Notes under the pieces: model-generated | What the model was told of the DNA's origin: nothing | Seen by the model: the letters and a program-made list of their open reading frames with translations, nothing else | The model's database searches: none | Position numbers and translations under genes: made by a program | Source of the DNA: Candidatus Velamenicoccus archaeovorus | Lineage (GTDB): Bacteria > Omnitrophota > Gorgyraeia > Velamenicoccales > Velamenicoccaceae | Direction of reading: 5' to 3' | NCBI RefSeq assembly: GCF_004102945.1 | Contig: NZ_CP019384.1 | Coordinates: 720,001 to 752,000 of the forward strand | DNA: 32,000 nucleotides | In this document: positions 12,594 through 21,480 of the stretch, piece after piece | Numbering within the stretch: the first letter of the stretch is position 1 | Layout: each line of letters begins with the position of its first letter

Positions 12594-13232
12594 ATGGGTG
12601 TATTGAACACGACGATAAAAATATTGGGCAAGAAGGTCGGCATGACGCAGGTGTTCGGCGATGACGGCAAGGTAAGGCCTGTGACCGTCATCGAAGCGGG
12701 TCCTTGCGTCGTGATGGGACTGAATGAGAAGAACATTAAAGTCGGCTTCGGAGATACCAAGGAATCCAAGGTCAAAAAACCCCAGGTCGGGGAGTTTAAG
12801 AAGCTGAATCTTGGCGTCCGGCGTTATGTGCGCGAGTTGCGTGTGGCCGACAAGGGGAACTATAAGGTCGGCGACGAGATCAAGGTGGATATTTTTCAGG
12901 AAGGCGATTTCGTCGACGTTTCGGGCGTTTCCATCGGCAAGGGCTTCCAGGGCGGCATGAAGCGCTGGCACTGGATGGGGACGCCGATGACCCACGGCTC
13001 CATGTCTCATCGCCGCGTCGGTTCGATCGGCGCAAGTTCCGATCCGTCGCGTGTCTTCAAAGGCAAGACCATGGCCGGCCATATGGGGCACCAGAAGGTT
13101 ACGGTCCAGAATCTTAAAGTCGTCAAGGTCGATCTGGCCAATAATATGCTGATTGTCGAAGGCGCTGTGCCGGGGTACAAGAGCAGTTTGCTTGAGATCA
13201 GAAAGTCCATCAAGAAGCAGAAGAAAGCGTAA
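12594..13232 (+). CDS. rplC: 50S ribosomal protein L3
   Basis: 212 aa with GKKVGMTQVF..., FQGGMKRW and MAGHMG motifs. Confidence 0.98.
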   Translation: MGVLNTTIKILGKKVGMTQVFGDDGKVRPVTVIEAGPCVVMGLNEKNIKVGFGDTKESKVKKPQVGEFKKLNLGVRRYVRELRVADKGNYKVGDEIKVDIFQEGDFVDVSGVSIGKGFQGGMKRWHWMGTPMTHGSMSHRRVGSIGASSDPSRVFKGKTMAGHMGHQKVTVQNLKVVKVDLANNMLIVEGAVPGYKSSLLEIRKSIKKQKKA

Positions 13233-13233
13233 G

Positions 13234-13375
13234 CCCCGTTAGAGATATTCCGTTAGAAATCAAGATTTCTAACAGGGTGGGTCATCTGCGGCAATCGTCT
13301 TTAACCGGGTAAACCGTTGATAATCGGCTGGACTTTACGCGAAGATTTGAAAAACAGTCGTTATCTCTAACGGGG
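13234..13375. mobile_element. MITE-like non-coding insert with 14-bp terminal inverted repeats and TAAG flanking duplication
   Basis: CCCCGTTAGAGATA (13234-13247) is the perfect reverse complement of TATCTCTAACGGGG (13362-13375). TAAG flanks both ends (13230-13233 and 13376-13379). Internal copies of the end motif (13250-13261 forward, 13264-13277 reverse) form a hairpin. There is no ORF inside. Confidence 0.6.
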
Positions 13376-13384
13376 TAAGGGATC

Positions 13385-14032
13385 ATGGAGAAAAAGAATC
13401 GTATCGTAATGCCGGTAGTGGATATGGGCAATAAGGTAGTCGAGGAGATCGAGCTGGACGCCCATGTCTTTGATGGTTCCGTAAAGAAGAAAACCCTGTA
13501 TCAGGCGATCGTGGGTTATCGCGCTAATCGTCGCTTGGGACTGGCCGAGACAAAAACGCGCGGCGAAGTTTCCGGCGGCGGCAAGAAACCCTGGCGTCAG
13601 AAGGGAACTGGACGGGCGCGCCATGGTTCGACACGTTCGCCCTTGTGGCGTCACGGCGGCGTCGTCTTCGGGCCTCATCCGAGGGATTTTGGTTATACCA
13701 TGCCGCAGCAGATCAGGAACGAAGCCCTGCGCTCGAGCCTGAACGCCAGGATCGCTTCCGGGGACGTCGTCCTGGTCGAGAAGATCCACATTCTTGCCCC
13801 CAAGACCAAGGAGTTTGCTAAGTTCCTCGACGCGCTCAAGCTGCCGGCGGCATCCATCCTGTGCGTCTTGGAATCGGTGACGGAGAACATCAAACGTTCG
13901 GCACGCAATATCCGGGGGCTGCAGCTTGCGGATTCTTCGTCGCTGAATGCCTACGATGTCATGAATACCCAGAAGATCATTTTATCCAGAGACTCGTTAA
14001 AAAATTTAACAAAACGCTTGAAACATGCATAG
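13385..14032 (+). CDS. rplD: 50S ribosomal protein L4
   Basis: 215 aa with the GGGKKPWRQKGTGRARHGSTRSPLWRHGGVVFGP motif. SD TAAGGGA lies upstream. Confidence 0.97.
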   Translation: MEKKNRIVMPVVDMGNKVVEEIELDAHVFDGSVKKKTLYQAIVGYRANRRLGLAETKTRGEVSGGGKKPWRQKGTGRARHGSTRSPLWRHGGVVFGPHPRDFGYTMPQQIRNEALRSSLNARIASGDVVLVEKIHILAPKTKEFAKFLDALKLPAASILCVLESVTENIKRSARNIRGLQLADSSSLNAYDVMNTQKIILSRDSLKNLTKRLKHA

Positions 14033-14303
14033 TCCATATGATACTATTAAAACTTTAATTCATTCCGAAAAGGGCTCTCGCCTCGAGTCCGACGGGTGCT
14101 ATCAGTTTTACGTCGCTTCTTCCGCATCAAAAGTCGATATCAAACACGCGGTGGAAAAGATCTATAAGGTCAAGGTGCGCGACGTCAATACGATGACCGT
14201 CCGGGGCAAAATGAAGCGCATCCGCATGCAGTTGGGAAAGCAGCCGGATTGGAAAAAAGCGTTTGTGCGCCTCGCAGAGGGCCAGAAGATCGATCTGAAG
14301 TGA
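14025..14303 (+). CDS. rplW: 50S ribosomal protein L23
   Basis: 92 aa, ...IKTLIHSEKG...YQFYV...KHAVEKIYKVKVRDVNT. It overlaps rplD by 8 nt. Confidence 0.96.
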   Translation: MHSPYDTIKTLIHSEKGSRLESDGCYQFYVASSASKVDIKHAVEKIYKVKVRDVNTMTVRGKMKRIRMQLGKQPDWKKAFVRLAEGQKIDLK

Positions 14304-14332
14304 TCTGCCGGAAAGAAGAAAGGTAAGTCAAG

Positions 14333-15169
14333 ATGGGGTTAAGGAGATTCAAGCCTACAACGCCGGGAATGCGCTGGGCCAATTTGCCTGATTTTGAAGG
14401 GGTGGCCAAGAAGCGTCCGGAAAAGTCGCTGGTCGAATCGTTGCGTAAGTCCGGCGGCCGCAATAATGCGGGCCGTATCACGACGCGGCATATCGGCGGC
14501 GGACACAAGAGGCTTTATCGTATCGTTGATTTTAAAAGGGATAAGTTCGACGTGGCCGGAAAGGTCCTGTCGATTGAATATGATCCCAACAGAACGTGCC
14601 GCATTGCGCTCGTCGAGTATCCGGACGGGGAGAGGAGATATGTTCTGGCACCGTTGGGGTTGCAGGTGGGCGATGCCATCATGAGCTCGCGGGGTGCGGA
14701 TCTTGAAGTCAAGACGGGCAACACGATGCCTTTGAGATACATCCCCCTGGGGGCATTCATCCATAATCTTGAATTGACGCGCGGCAAGGGCGGACAGATG
14801 GTTCGCAGCGCCGGCAATGCCGCCCAGATTACCGCCAAGGAAGGTGATAGCGCACACGTCAAGCTTCCGTCCGGCGAGGTACGGTTGATCCATCTGGATT
14901 GTTTGGCCACGATCGGGCAGGTGGGGAACGTCGAACATGAGGCTGAGATGCACGGCAAGGCCGGCCGCAAGCGCTGGCTGGGTATCCGTCCGACAGTCCG
15001 CGGTTCGGCCATGAATCCGATCGACCATCCGCATGGCGGCGGCGAAGGAAAAGCCGGCCAGGGGAACCCCCATCCGGTTTCGCCATGGGGCCAGAAGGCC
15101 AAGGGCCTCAAGACAAGAAAAGGCAAAAGATATTCCAATAAATATATCGTCAAGAGAAGGAATGGCTAA
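14333..15169 (+). CDS. rplB: 50S ribosomal protein L2
   Basis: 278 aa with [18 protein letters not shown] and [13 protein letters not shown] motifs. Confidence 0.99.
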   Translation: MGLRRFKPTTPGMRWANLPDFEGVAKKRPEKSLVESLRKSGGRNNAGRITTRHIGGGHKRLYRIVDFKRDKFDVAGKVLSIEYDPNRTCRIALVEYPDGERRYVLAPLGLQVGDAIMSSRGADLEVKTGNTMPLRYIPLGAFIHNLELTRGKGGQMVRSAGNAAQITAKEGDSAHVKLPSGEVRLIHLDCLATIGQVGNVEHEAEMHGKAGRKRWLGIRPTVRGSAMNPIDHPHGGGEGKAGQGNPHPVSPWGQKAKGLKTRKGKRYSNKYIVKRRNG

Positions 15170-15456
15170 TGGCGCGCTCGCTTAAAAAAGGACCGTTTGT
15201 CGAAGAAAAGCTTCTTAAAAGAGTGGAGGCTGCCCGCAGGAGTGGTTCCCGGCAGCCTATCAAGACTTGGTCCAGAAGTTCGACCGTAACGCCTGATTTT
15301 GTGGGTTTGACGATCGCAATCCACGACGGAAGAAAACATGTGCCGGTATTCGTCACGGAGAATATGGTTGGACACAAGCTGGGAGAATTTGCGTCCACAA
15401 GAACTTTCAGAAAACACGGCGGCGTCAAAGCCAAGAAGGCCGTAGAACTGACATAA
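15169..15456 (+). CDS. rpsS: 30S ribosomal protein S19
   Basis: 95 aa, [11 protein letters not shown]...[34 protein letters not shown] overlap with rplB. Confidence 0.98.
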   Translation: MARSLKKGPFVEEKLLKRVEAARRSGSRQPIKTWSRSSTVTPDFVGLTIAIHDGRKHVPVFVTENMVGHKLGEFASTRTFRKHGGVKAKKAVELT

Positions 15457-15468
15457 AAGGCAAAATTA

Positions 15469-15882
15469 ATGATCGCAAAAGCCGAAGTGAGATATATCAG
15501 GGGTTCAGCCAGGAAGATCAGGCAGGTGATCGATATGATCCGTGGTATGAACGCCGTCGAGGCGATGAATGTCCTTAAATTCATCAATAAGAAGCCGACA
15601 TATTATGTGTCCAAGGTGCTGCATTCCGCTGTCGCCAATGCCAAGTCCAAAGGCCTGGATGCGCAGACGCTTGTGATTTCCAAGATTACGGCGGACGAAG
15701 GTCCGCGCTGGAAACGTTATCGGGCCGCGACCTTCGGCCGGGCCGGAGAGATCCTGAAGAAGACCAGTCATATCAAGGTCGAACTGGATCTGGCCCATCA
15801 AACGGCGCCAGCGCCGGCGGAAAAACCGAAAAAGTCTATCTTGAAACGCCGCGTCGTCCGGGCGAAAACATCGAAGAAATAA
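15469..15882 (+). CDS. rplV: 50S ribosomal protein L22 (with basic C-terminal tail)
   Basis: 137 aa, AKAEVRYIRGSARKIRQVIDMIRG...KRYRAATFGRAGEILKKTSHI. The extra tail is HQTAPAPAEKPKKSILKRRVVRAKTSKK. Confidence 0.97.
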   Translation: MIAKAEVRYIRGSARKIRQVIDMIRGMNAVEAMNVLKFINKKPTYYVSKVLHSAVANAKSKGLDAQTLVISKITADEGPRWKRYRAATFGRAGEILKKTSHIKVELDLAHQTAPAPAEKPKKSILKRRVVRAKTSKK

Positions 15883-15893
15883 GAGGTTATTTT

Positions 15894-16613
15894 ATGGGGC
15901 AAAAAGTTAATCCGACGTCAGTGAGGCTTGGTTTTATCAAAGATTCAGCGTCGAAGTGGTTTGCACGACACGCCGATTTCGGGCTCTATCTTGAGGAAGA
16001 TTACAAGATACGTAAACACATCAAAAACCAGCTTAAAGCTGCCGCTGTTTCCAAAGTGACGATTGACCGTGTTGCCGGCAAGGTCAAGATCCGCATCCAT
16101 TCCGCCAGGCCCGGCGTGATCATAGGCCGTCATGGGTCGGATATAGAAAAGCTGACAAACGATCTTAGGGATATCGTCAAGGATAAAGAAGTGGTCGTGG
16201 ATATCGAGGAAGTCAAGAGCCCTTCCATTGAATCGCAGCTGATTGCGGAAAATATCGCTTTTCAGCTCGAAAAACGCGTGGCTTTCCGCCGCGCCATCAA
16301 GAGGTCCATGGACCAGGCGGTGTCTTCCGGGGCCAAGGGGATCAAGGTTTGTGTGGCTGGTCGTCTCGGAGGGGCGGAGATCGCCAGGACGCAGGTGTAT
16401 AAATGGGGCAGCATCCCCTTGCAGACGTTCCGCGCGGATATCGATTACGGATTTACGGAAGCCCATACGCGTTACGGCCTGATCGGCGTCAAGGTTTGGG
16501 TCTACAAAGGAGACGCTCTCCTGGAGAGACTTAAAGAAGACCGCAAGAAACAGGAAGAAACGGCGCAGGGGAAGGCTGAGGACAAGGCCGGAAGTTCGGA
16601 AGCAAAGGCGTAA
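15894..16613 (+). CDS. rpsC: 30S ribosomal protein S3
   Basis: 239 aa, MGQKVNPTSVRLG..., KH domain, GRLGGAEIAR. It has a charged C-terminal tail. Confidence 0.98.
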   Translation: MGQKVNPTSVRLGFIKDSASKWFARHADFGLYLEEDYKIRKHIKNQLKAAAVSKVTIDRVAGKVKIRIHSARPGVIIGRHGSDIEKLTNDLRDIVKDKEVVVDIEEVKSPSIESQLIAENIAFQLEKRVAFRRAIKRSMDQAVSSGAKGIKVCVAGRLGGAEIARTQVYKWGSIPLQTFRADIDYGFTEAHTRYGLIGVKVWVYKGDALLERLKEDRKKQEETAQGKAEDKAGSSEAKA

Positions 16614-16658
16614 CTCCGTCGCAGGGGTTGAGCGCGTGATGTTACAAGGAGCAAAGAG

Positions 16659-17078
16659 ATGGCTTTAATGCCCAGACGGGTCAAATACAGGAAATTTCAA
16701 CGCGGAAAGAACCGCGGTATCGCCATAAAAGGTTCTGAATTGAGTTTCGGCGAATTCGGCCTGAAGGTTTTGCATAATGGCTCGATCAAAAACAATCAGA
16801 TCGAAGCTGTCCGGGTGCTTTTGGCCAGGCAGTTAAGAGGAAGTGGAAAGGTTTGGATCAGGGTTTTCCCTCACAAGTCCGTGACTAAAAAACCTGCAGA
16901 AACCCGCATGGGAAAGGGCAAGGGGGATTTGAGCCATTGGGTGGCTATGGTGAGGCGCGGCGCCATCCTTTTCGAACTCGGGGGCATCCCCGAAGCCCTG
17001 GCGCGCACGGCTTTGCGTTTGGCGGCATTCAAGTTGCCTGTGCGCACCAAATTCGTGACGCGAACTCACGCGATATAA
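16659..17078 (+). CDS. rplP: 50S ribosomal protein L16
   Basis: 139 aa, MLMPRRVKYRK-type N-terminus (MALMPRRVKYRKFQRG) and ETRMGKGKG. Confidence 0.98.
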   Translation: MALMPRRVKYRKFQRGKNRGIAIKGSELSFGEFGLKVLHNGSIKNNQIEAVRVLLARQLRGSGKVWIRVFPHKSVTKKPAETRMGKGKGDLSHWVAMVRRGAILFELGGIPEALARTALRLAAFKLPVRTKFVTRTHAI

Positions 17079-17091
17079 GTAAGAGGGAGTA

Positions 17092-17295
17092 ATGAAGATA
17101 GCCGAGTTGAGAAATTTAAGCAGGGAAGATTTATCCGTGAAGCTGGTGTCGCTTAAAGAAGAGCTGGGCCGCCTTGCTTACGGCAAGACCATCGGCCAGG
17201 TGGACAAGCCTCATAAATTCAAGGAGCTGCGCAGGGCCATCGCGCAGATCCAGACCTTGCTGAATGAAACACAGGCGAACGCGAAAAAGGAATAA
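17092..17295 (+). CDS. rpmC: 50S ribosomal protein L29
   Basis: 67 aa, MKIAELRNLSREDLSVKLVSLKEEL...ELRRAIAQIQT. Canonical position. Confidence 0.95.
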   Translation: MKIAELRNLSREDLSVKLVSLKEELGRLAYGKTIGQVDKPHKFKELRRAIAQIQTLLNETQANAKKE

Positions 17296-17301
17296 TTTCC
17301 C

Positions 17302-17592
17302 ATGAGCGAGAGAACGACGGCAAAAACGAGAAAAGAATTTATCGGGATCGTCACGAGCGACAAGATGCAGAAGACGGTTGTCGTTGAGGTAGAGACGTTC
17401 GTCCGGCATGCCCGTTACGGCAAGACGATCAAGGCCAAGGAGAAATTCAAGGCCCATGACGAAAAGAATGAAGCGCATATCGGCGATAAGGTGCGCATCA
17501 GCGAGACCCGCCCTCTATCTAAGGACAAACGCTGGAGGGTGACCGAGATCATCGCCAGGGGCGCTGTCCAGAGGGCCGGAGAGATTCAATGA
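17302..17592 (+). CDS. rpsQ: 30S ribosomal protein S17
   Basis: 96 aa, ...[17 protein letters not shown]...HARYGKTIK...KFKAHDE...[11 protein letters not shown]. Confidence 0.97.
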   Translation: MSERTTAKTRKEFIGIVTSDKMQKTVVVEVETFVRHARYGKTIKAKEKFKAHDEKNEAHIGDKVRISETRPLSKDKRWRVTEIIARGAVQRAGEIQ

Positions 17593-17957
17593 TTTACAAG
17601 CGGACGCTTTTAACGGTGGCGGACAATACAGGCGCGAAAATCGCCTCCTGCATCGGCGTTGTGGGGCGTAAAGGCAAACTGGACGCCACTATTGGCGATA
17701 TCATCACGGTCAACATCAAGTCGGCTTCCCCGGATGCGACGATCAAGAAGGGCGAAGTGGCCAAGGCCGTGATCGTGCGCATGAAGGCGCCGTTGCGCCG
17801 GGCCGACGGTTCTTATTTGAAATTCGATTCTAATGCCGTTGTCATGATCGACAAGGACCTCAATCCGAGGGGCACGCGTGTTTTCGGGCCTGTGGCGCGC
17901 GAACTTCGCGACAAGAATTTCATGAAAATCGTTTCGTTAGCGCCAGAGGTAATTTAG
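17589..17957 (+). CDS. rplN: 50S ribosomal protein L14
   Basis: 122 aa, [17 protein letters not shown]...[13 protein letters not shown] overlap with rpsQ. Confidence 0.98.
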   Translation: MIYKRTLLTVADNTGAKIASCIGVVGRKGKLDATIGDIITVNIKSASPDATIKKGEVAKAVIVRMKAPLRRADGSYLKFDSNAVVMIDKDLNPRGTRVFGPVARELRDKNFMKIVSLAPEVI

Positions 17958-17959
17958 CT

Positions 17960-18274
17960 ATGAATAAGATCAGGAAAGGCGATACCGTCGCCGTCATGAA
18001 GGGTAAGGATAAAGGCAAGAAGGGCAAGGTGCTTCACGTGATGCCGGAGACGGGGAAAGTCCTTGTGGAAGGCATCAATTTCGTTAAAAAACACCAGCGG
18101 AAGACGCGCCAGGACCAGCAGGAGGCCGGTATCGTCCAAGTGGAGAGGCCGATGTCTGCCGCCAACCTGATGGTCGTCTGTAAGAATTGTCAGGTCCCGG
18201 CACGCGTCGGTTTTACCGTCCTCAAGGACCAGACGAAGGCACGCATTTGCAAAAAATGCAACGAGCCCTTTTAA
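17960..18274 (+). CDS. rplX: 50S ribosomal protein L24 (CxxC...CxxC form)
   Basis: 104 aa, KIRKGDTVAVMKGKDKGKKGKV...VEGINFVKKHQ. The C-terminal part has CKNC...CKKC. Confidence 0.97.
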   Translation: MNKIRKGDTVAVMKGKDKGKKGKVLHVMPETGKVLVEGINFVKKHQRKTRQDQQEAGIVQVERPMSAANLMVVCKNCQVPARVGFTVLKDQTKARICKKCNEPF

Positions 18275-18337
18275 GAAGGGCGATTCCACAGATTTTTAAA
18301 ATCCGATTATACAGATTGAAACATTCAGGAAAAGGCA

Positions 18338-18910
18338 ATGGCTGAAAATAAAACGGTTCCCCGGTTGCTTGAGAAATACAGGAAAGAAGTTGTTCCTGAG
18401 TTGATGAAGATCATAGGCTACAAGAATGCCTTGCAGGCCCCACGGCTTAAAAAGATTGTCATCAATATGGGCGTGGGCGAGGCGATCCAGGACATCAAGA
18501 TGCTGGAAAAATCTGTTGAGGAACTTGGGATGATCACCGGGCAGAAACCCGTCATCACACGTTCCAAGAAGGCAATCGCCAATTTTAAGATCAAGAAAGC
18601 CCAAGCCATCGGCTGCATGGTGACGCTCAGACGCCAGAGGATGTATGAATTTATGGATCGTCTGATCAGCGTAGCCCTGCCGAGGATCAGGGATTTCAGG
18701 GGCGTGAATCCCAAGTCGTTCGACGCCCAGGGAAATTTTACGATAGGCATTACGGAGCAGGCGATTTTCCCTGAGGTCGACGTAGACAAGATTGCCCGTG
18801 TGCAGGGGATGGACGTCACGTTCGTCATCGCTTCCTCCTCCCAGAAAGAATCGTACGAATTTTTGAGGTTGATGGGCATTCCATTCAGCAAGACCGACAA
18901 GAGCTCCTAA
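18338..18910 (+). CDS. rplE: 50S ribosomal protein L5
   Basis: 190 aa, ...[15 protein letters not shown]...[21 protein letters not shown]... Confidence 0.98.
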   Translation: MAENKTVPRLLEKYRKEVVPELMKIIGYKNALQAPRLKKIVINMGVGEAIQDIKMLEKSVEELGMITGQKPVITRSKKAIANFKIKKAQAIGCMVTLRRQRMYEFMDRLISVALPRIRDFRGVNPKSFDAQGNFTIGITEQAIFPEVDVDKIARVQGMDVTFVIASSSQKESYEFLRLMGIPFSKTDKSS

Positions 18911-18932
18911 ATTTTTTACGGAAGGATAAACT

Positions 18933-19118
18933 GTGGCCAAGAAATCGCAGATCAATCGCTGGAAGAGAACGCCGAAGTTTTCGACGCGTAAAACAAACCG
19001 TTGCCGGCTCTGTGGCCGCAGCGGCGGCTATTACAGGAGATTCCAGCTTTGCCGTATCTGTTTCAGGGAACTGGCGTCCAAAGGGGAAATTCCAGGCGTG
19101 CGGAAAGCCAGTTGGTAG
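18933..19118 (+). CDS. rpsN: 30S ribosomal protein S14, short zinc-binding (type Z) form
   Basis: 61 aa with a GTG start. CRLCGR...CRIC motif and ...[12 protein letters not shown]-terminus. Confidence 0.96.
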   Translation: MAKKSQINRWKRTPKFSTRKTNRCRLCGRSGGYYRRFQLCRICFRELASKGEIPGVRKASW

Positions 19119-19174
19119 AACGCCGATGCCGCAAGCAAGCGGGATTTGAGCATCGAGACAAGAGGAGATATCGT

Positions 19175-19570
19175 ATGGGTTTTACGGATCCAGTCGCTAA
19201 TATGTTGACGTTGATCAGGAACGCAGCGAAGGCCCGCCAGGAAAAAACGGATGTGCCGTATTCCAAGCTTTTGGAGGGGATTGCCGGTATCCTGAAAGAG
19301 GAAGGTTTTATCGATAATTTCAGGGTTATCAAGGACACCAAACAGGGTGTTTTAAGGATCTACCTGAGATACATCCATAAGAAATCTGTGATCATCAATT
19401 TAAAAAGAGTGTCCCGACCGGGATTGCGCGTCTACGCGGATGCCAAACACTTGCCCAGGGTTCTGCGCGGCAAGGGAACGGCAATCATGACGACATCCAA
19501 AGGCCTGATGACGGAAGCAAAGGCTAGGGAAACAGGGGTGGGCGGCGAAGTCCTTTGTTACGTTTGGTGA
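19175..19570 (+). CDS. rpsH: 30S ribosomal protein S8
   Basis: The track ORF (19001-19570) is trimmed to ATG 19175 (MGFTDPVANMLTLIRNA..., the canonical S8 N-terminus) with SD AGAGGAGA upstream. The upstream part of the ORF overlaps rpsN. Confidence 0.96.
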   Translation: MGFTDPVANMLTLIRNAAKARQEKTDVPYSKLLEGIAGILKEEGFIDNFRVIKDTKQGVLRIYLRYIHKKSVIINLKRVSRPGLRVYADAKHLPRVLRGKGTAIMTTSKGLMTEAKARETGVGGEVLCYVW

Positions 19571-19580
19571 GTGAGGAGCC

Positions 19581-20120
19581 ATGTCTAGAATAGGAAAAAG
19601 ACCAGTTGATATTTTACCCGGCGTCAAGGTCAGCGTGCAGGAGAATTGTCTGAAGGTTGAGGGGGTTAAGGGAAAGATGGAATTCAAGCTTTCCGAGGAT
19701 ATCGCCTGTGAGCAGAAGGATAACAAACTCTTTTTTAGTGCCTTGAAGGATACGAAGCCCGTCAGGGCCCTTTTCGGCACAACGCGCGCCTTGGCGAAAA
19801 ACATGATTATCGGTGTCACGTCGGGTTTTTCAAAGACCCTTGTCATTGAAGGTGTCGGCTACAAGGCTCAGACGCAGGGCAAGAGCCTGAAGCTTAATGT
19901 CGGGTTCACCCATTCCGTAGATTATCCTGTTCCCGAAGGCATCAAGATCGACGCTTCCAAGCAGGTGGAGATTGTGGTCTCGGGCGTCGATAAGGCACAG
20001 GTGGGCCAGGTCGCCGCGGAGATCCGGCGGATTTGTCCTCCAGAGCCTTACAAAGGCAAAGGGATCCGTTACAAGGATGAGCGTATCCGCAGGAAAGTTG
20101 GCAAGGCCGTTACGAAGTGA
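19581..20120 (+). CDS. rplF: 50S ribosomal protein L6
   Basis: 179 aa, MSRIGKRPVDILPGVKVSV...PEPYKGKGIRY. Confidence 0.98.
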   Translation: MSRIGKRPVDILPGVKVSVQENCLKVEGVKGKMEFKLSEDIACEQKDNKLFFSALKDTKPVRALFGTTRALAKNMIIGVTSGFSKTLVIEGVGYKAQTQGKSLKLNVGFTHSVDYPVPEGIKIDASKQVEIVVSGVDKAQVGQVAAEIRRICPPEPYKGKGIRYKDERIRRKVGKAVTK

Positions 20121-20158
20121 TGGCGCAAATTAAGCCTAGGTCATACAGATAAAAACCC

Positions 20159-20518
20159 ATGAAAATCAAAAGAACAGCAAGAGAAAGACGGCATTTAAGG
20201 ATCAGGGAAAAGGTCGCCGGTACGGCGGAGCGTCCCCGTTTGAATGTGCGCCGCAGTCTGCAGAACCTGTTCATTCAGATCATTGATGACGATAAGAAGA
20301 CGACGTTGTTTGCTGCTTCGACGGCAGACAAGGATTTCAAAAGCAAGATTTCTTACGGTGGGAATGTCAAGGCGGCTGCGGCTCTGGGAGAGATCGTGGC
20401 ACGGGAAGCTAAAAATAAGAACATTACGCGCGTCGTGTTTGACCGGGGCGGCTGTGATTATCATGGCCGTATCAAGGCGTTTGCCGAGGCCGCGCGGAAA
20501 GGTGGATTGGAGTTTTAA
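20159..20518 (+). CDS. rplR: 50S ribosomal protein L18
   Basis: 119 aa, ...[20 protein letters not shown]...[19 protein letters not shown]. Confidence 0.97.
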   Translation: MKIKRTARERRHLRIREKVAGTAERPRLNVRRSLQNLFIQIIDDDKKTTLFAASTADKDFKSKISYGGNVKAAAALGEIVAREAKNKNITRVVFDRGGCDYHGRIKAFAEAARKGGLEF

Positions 20519-20519
20519 G

Positions 20520-21044
20520 ATGGTTGAACCTATTTCCGTGACAGAGAGCAAGGAAGCCATAGAGAAGGTCGTCAGGATCAGCCGTGTGGCCAAAGTGACC
20601 AAGGGCGGCAAAAAGCTGTCTTTCAGCGCGCTGGTTGTCGTCGGCAACACGAGGGGTAAGGTCGGCGTTTCCCTGGGAAAGGCGAATGAAGTCTCGGATG
20701 CCATCCGCAAGGGTATCGCCCAGGCCAAAAAGAATATGATGCAGGTTCCTTTGCAGGGGACGACCATTCCGCATGATGTGGTGGGAAGGTTCGGTTCGGC
20801 CCGTGTCATTTTAAAGCCCGCCGTTGAAGGGACCGGGATCATCGCTTCGGGTCCTGTGCGCGCTGTCTGCGAGGCCGCCGGTATCAAGGATATCCTGACA
20901 AAGTGTCTAACCAGCAATAATCCCATGAACGTCATTTTGGCGACGGTCGAGGGTTTGAAAGATTTGAACAGGGACTTGGATATCTTCAGTTTGAGAAAGC
21001 AGCGCTTTGAAGCAGCGGAAGGCCAGGAACATGCGAATAACTGA
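20520..21044 (+). CDS. rpsE: 30S ribosomal protein S5
   Basis: The track ORF 20244-21044 is trimmed to ATG 20520 (MVEPISV...[32 protein letters not shown]...), 1 nt after the rplR stop. The upstream part of that ORF overlaps rplR out of frame. Confidence 0.96.
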   Translation: MVEPISVTESKEAIEKVVRISRVAKVTKGGKKLSFSALVVVGNTRGKVGVSLGKANEVSDAIRKGIAQAKKNMMQVPLQGTTIPHDVVGRFGSARVILKPAVEGTGIIASGPVRAVCEAAGIKDILTKCLTSNNPMNVILATVEGLKDLNRDLDIFSLRKQRFEAAEGQEHANN

Positions 21045-21480
21045 TATCCGCGCCCCTCGCGGCGCCAACAAGAAGATCAGGGCTATCGGTCGGGGTGTCG
21101 GATCGGGCCGCGGCAAGACCAGTGGCCGCGGGAACAAAGGGCAGGGCTCCAGGGCCGGCCGTGATTTTCGTCCCGGCTATGAAGGCGGCCAGATGATGCT
21201 TTTCCGTCGGCTGCCCAAGAGAGGATTCCACAGTCGTTCATCCAATCCTTACCAGATCGTCAATGTCGGTTCCCTGAATAAGTTTGCCAAAGGTTCGGCC
21301 GTGACCCCGGACAATCTTTTTGACGAAGGTCTGATTAAGGACAAGGAAGGATTGGTCAAGCTTTTGGGAGACGGCAAGGTTGATAAGGCATTGCATCTTA
21401 AAGTGCATCGTGCCACCGAATCGGCTGTCAAGAAGATTCAGGACGCGTCCGGCACGGTAGAGATCCTGAAGAAGTCATAA
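21031..21480 (+). CDS. rplO: 50S ribosomal protein L15
   Basis: [37 protein letters not shown] 21031 (SD AGGAA) is preferred over the in-frame ATG 21007. It overlaps rpsE by 14 nt. Confidence 0.93.
   Translation: MRITDIRAPRGANKKIRAIGRGVGSGRGKTSGRGNKGQGSRAGRDFRPGYEGGQMMLFRRLPKRGFHSRSSNPYQIVNVGSLNKFAKGSAVTPDNLFDEGLIKDKEGLVKLLGDGKVDKALHLKVHRATESAVKKIQDASGTVEILKKS

Noticed and set aside
20244-20519. N-terminal extensions of track ORFs: 20244-21044 (S5), 19001-19570 (S8), 25892-26569 (S4), 21007-21480 (L15).
   Set aside because: The extended parts overlap the preceding gene out of frame or add non-homologous residues. Canonical N-termini with SD sequences occur at 20520, 19175, 25940 and 21031.
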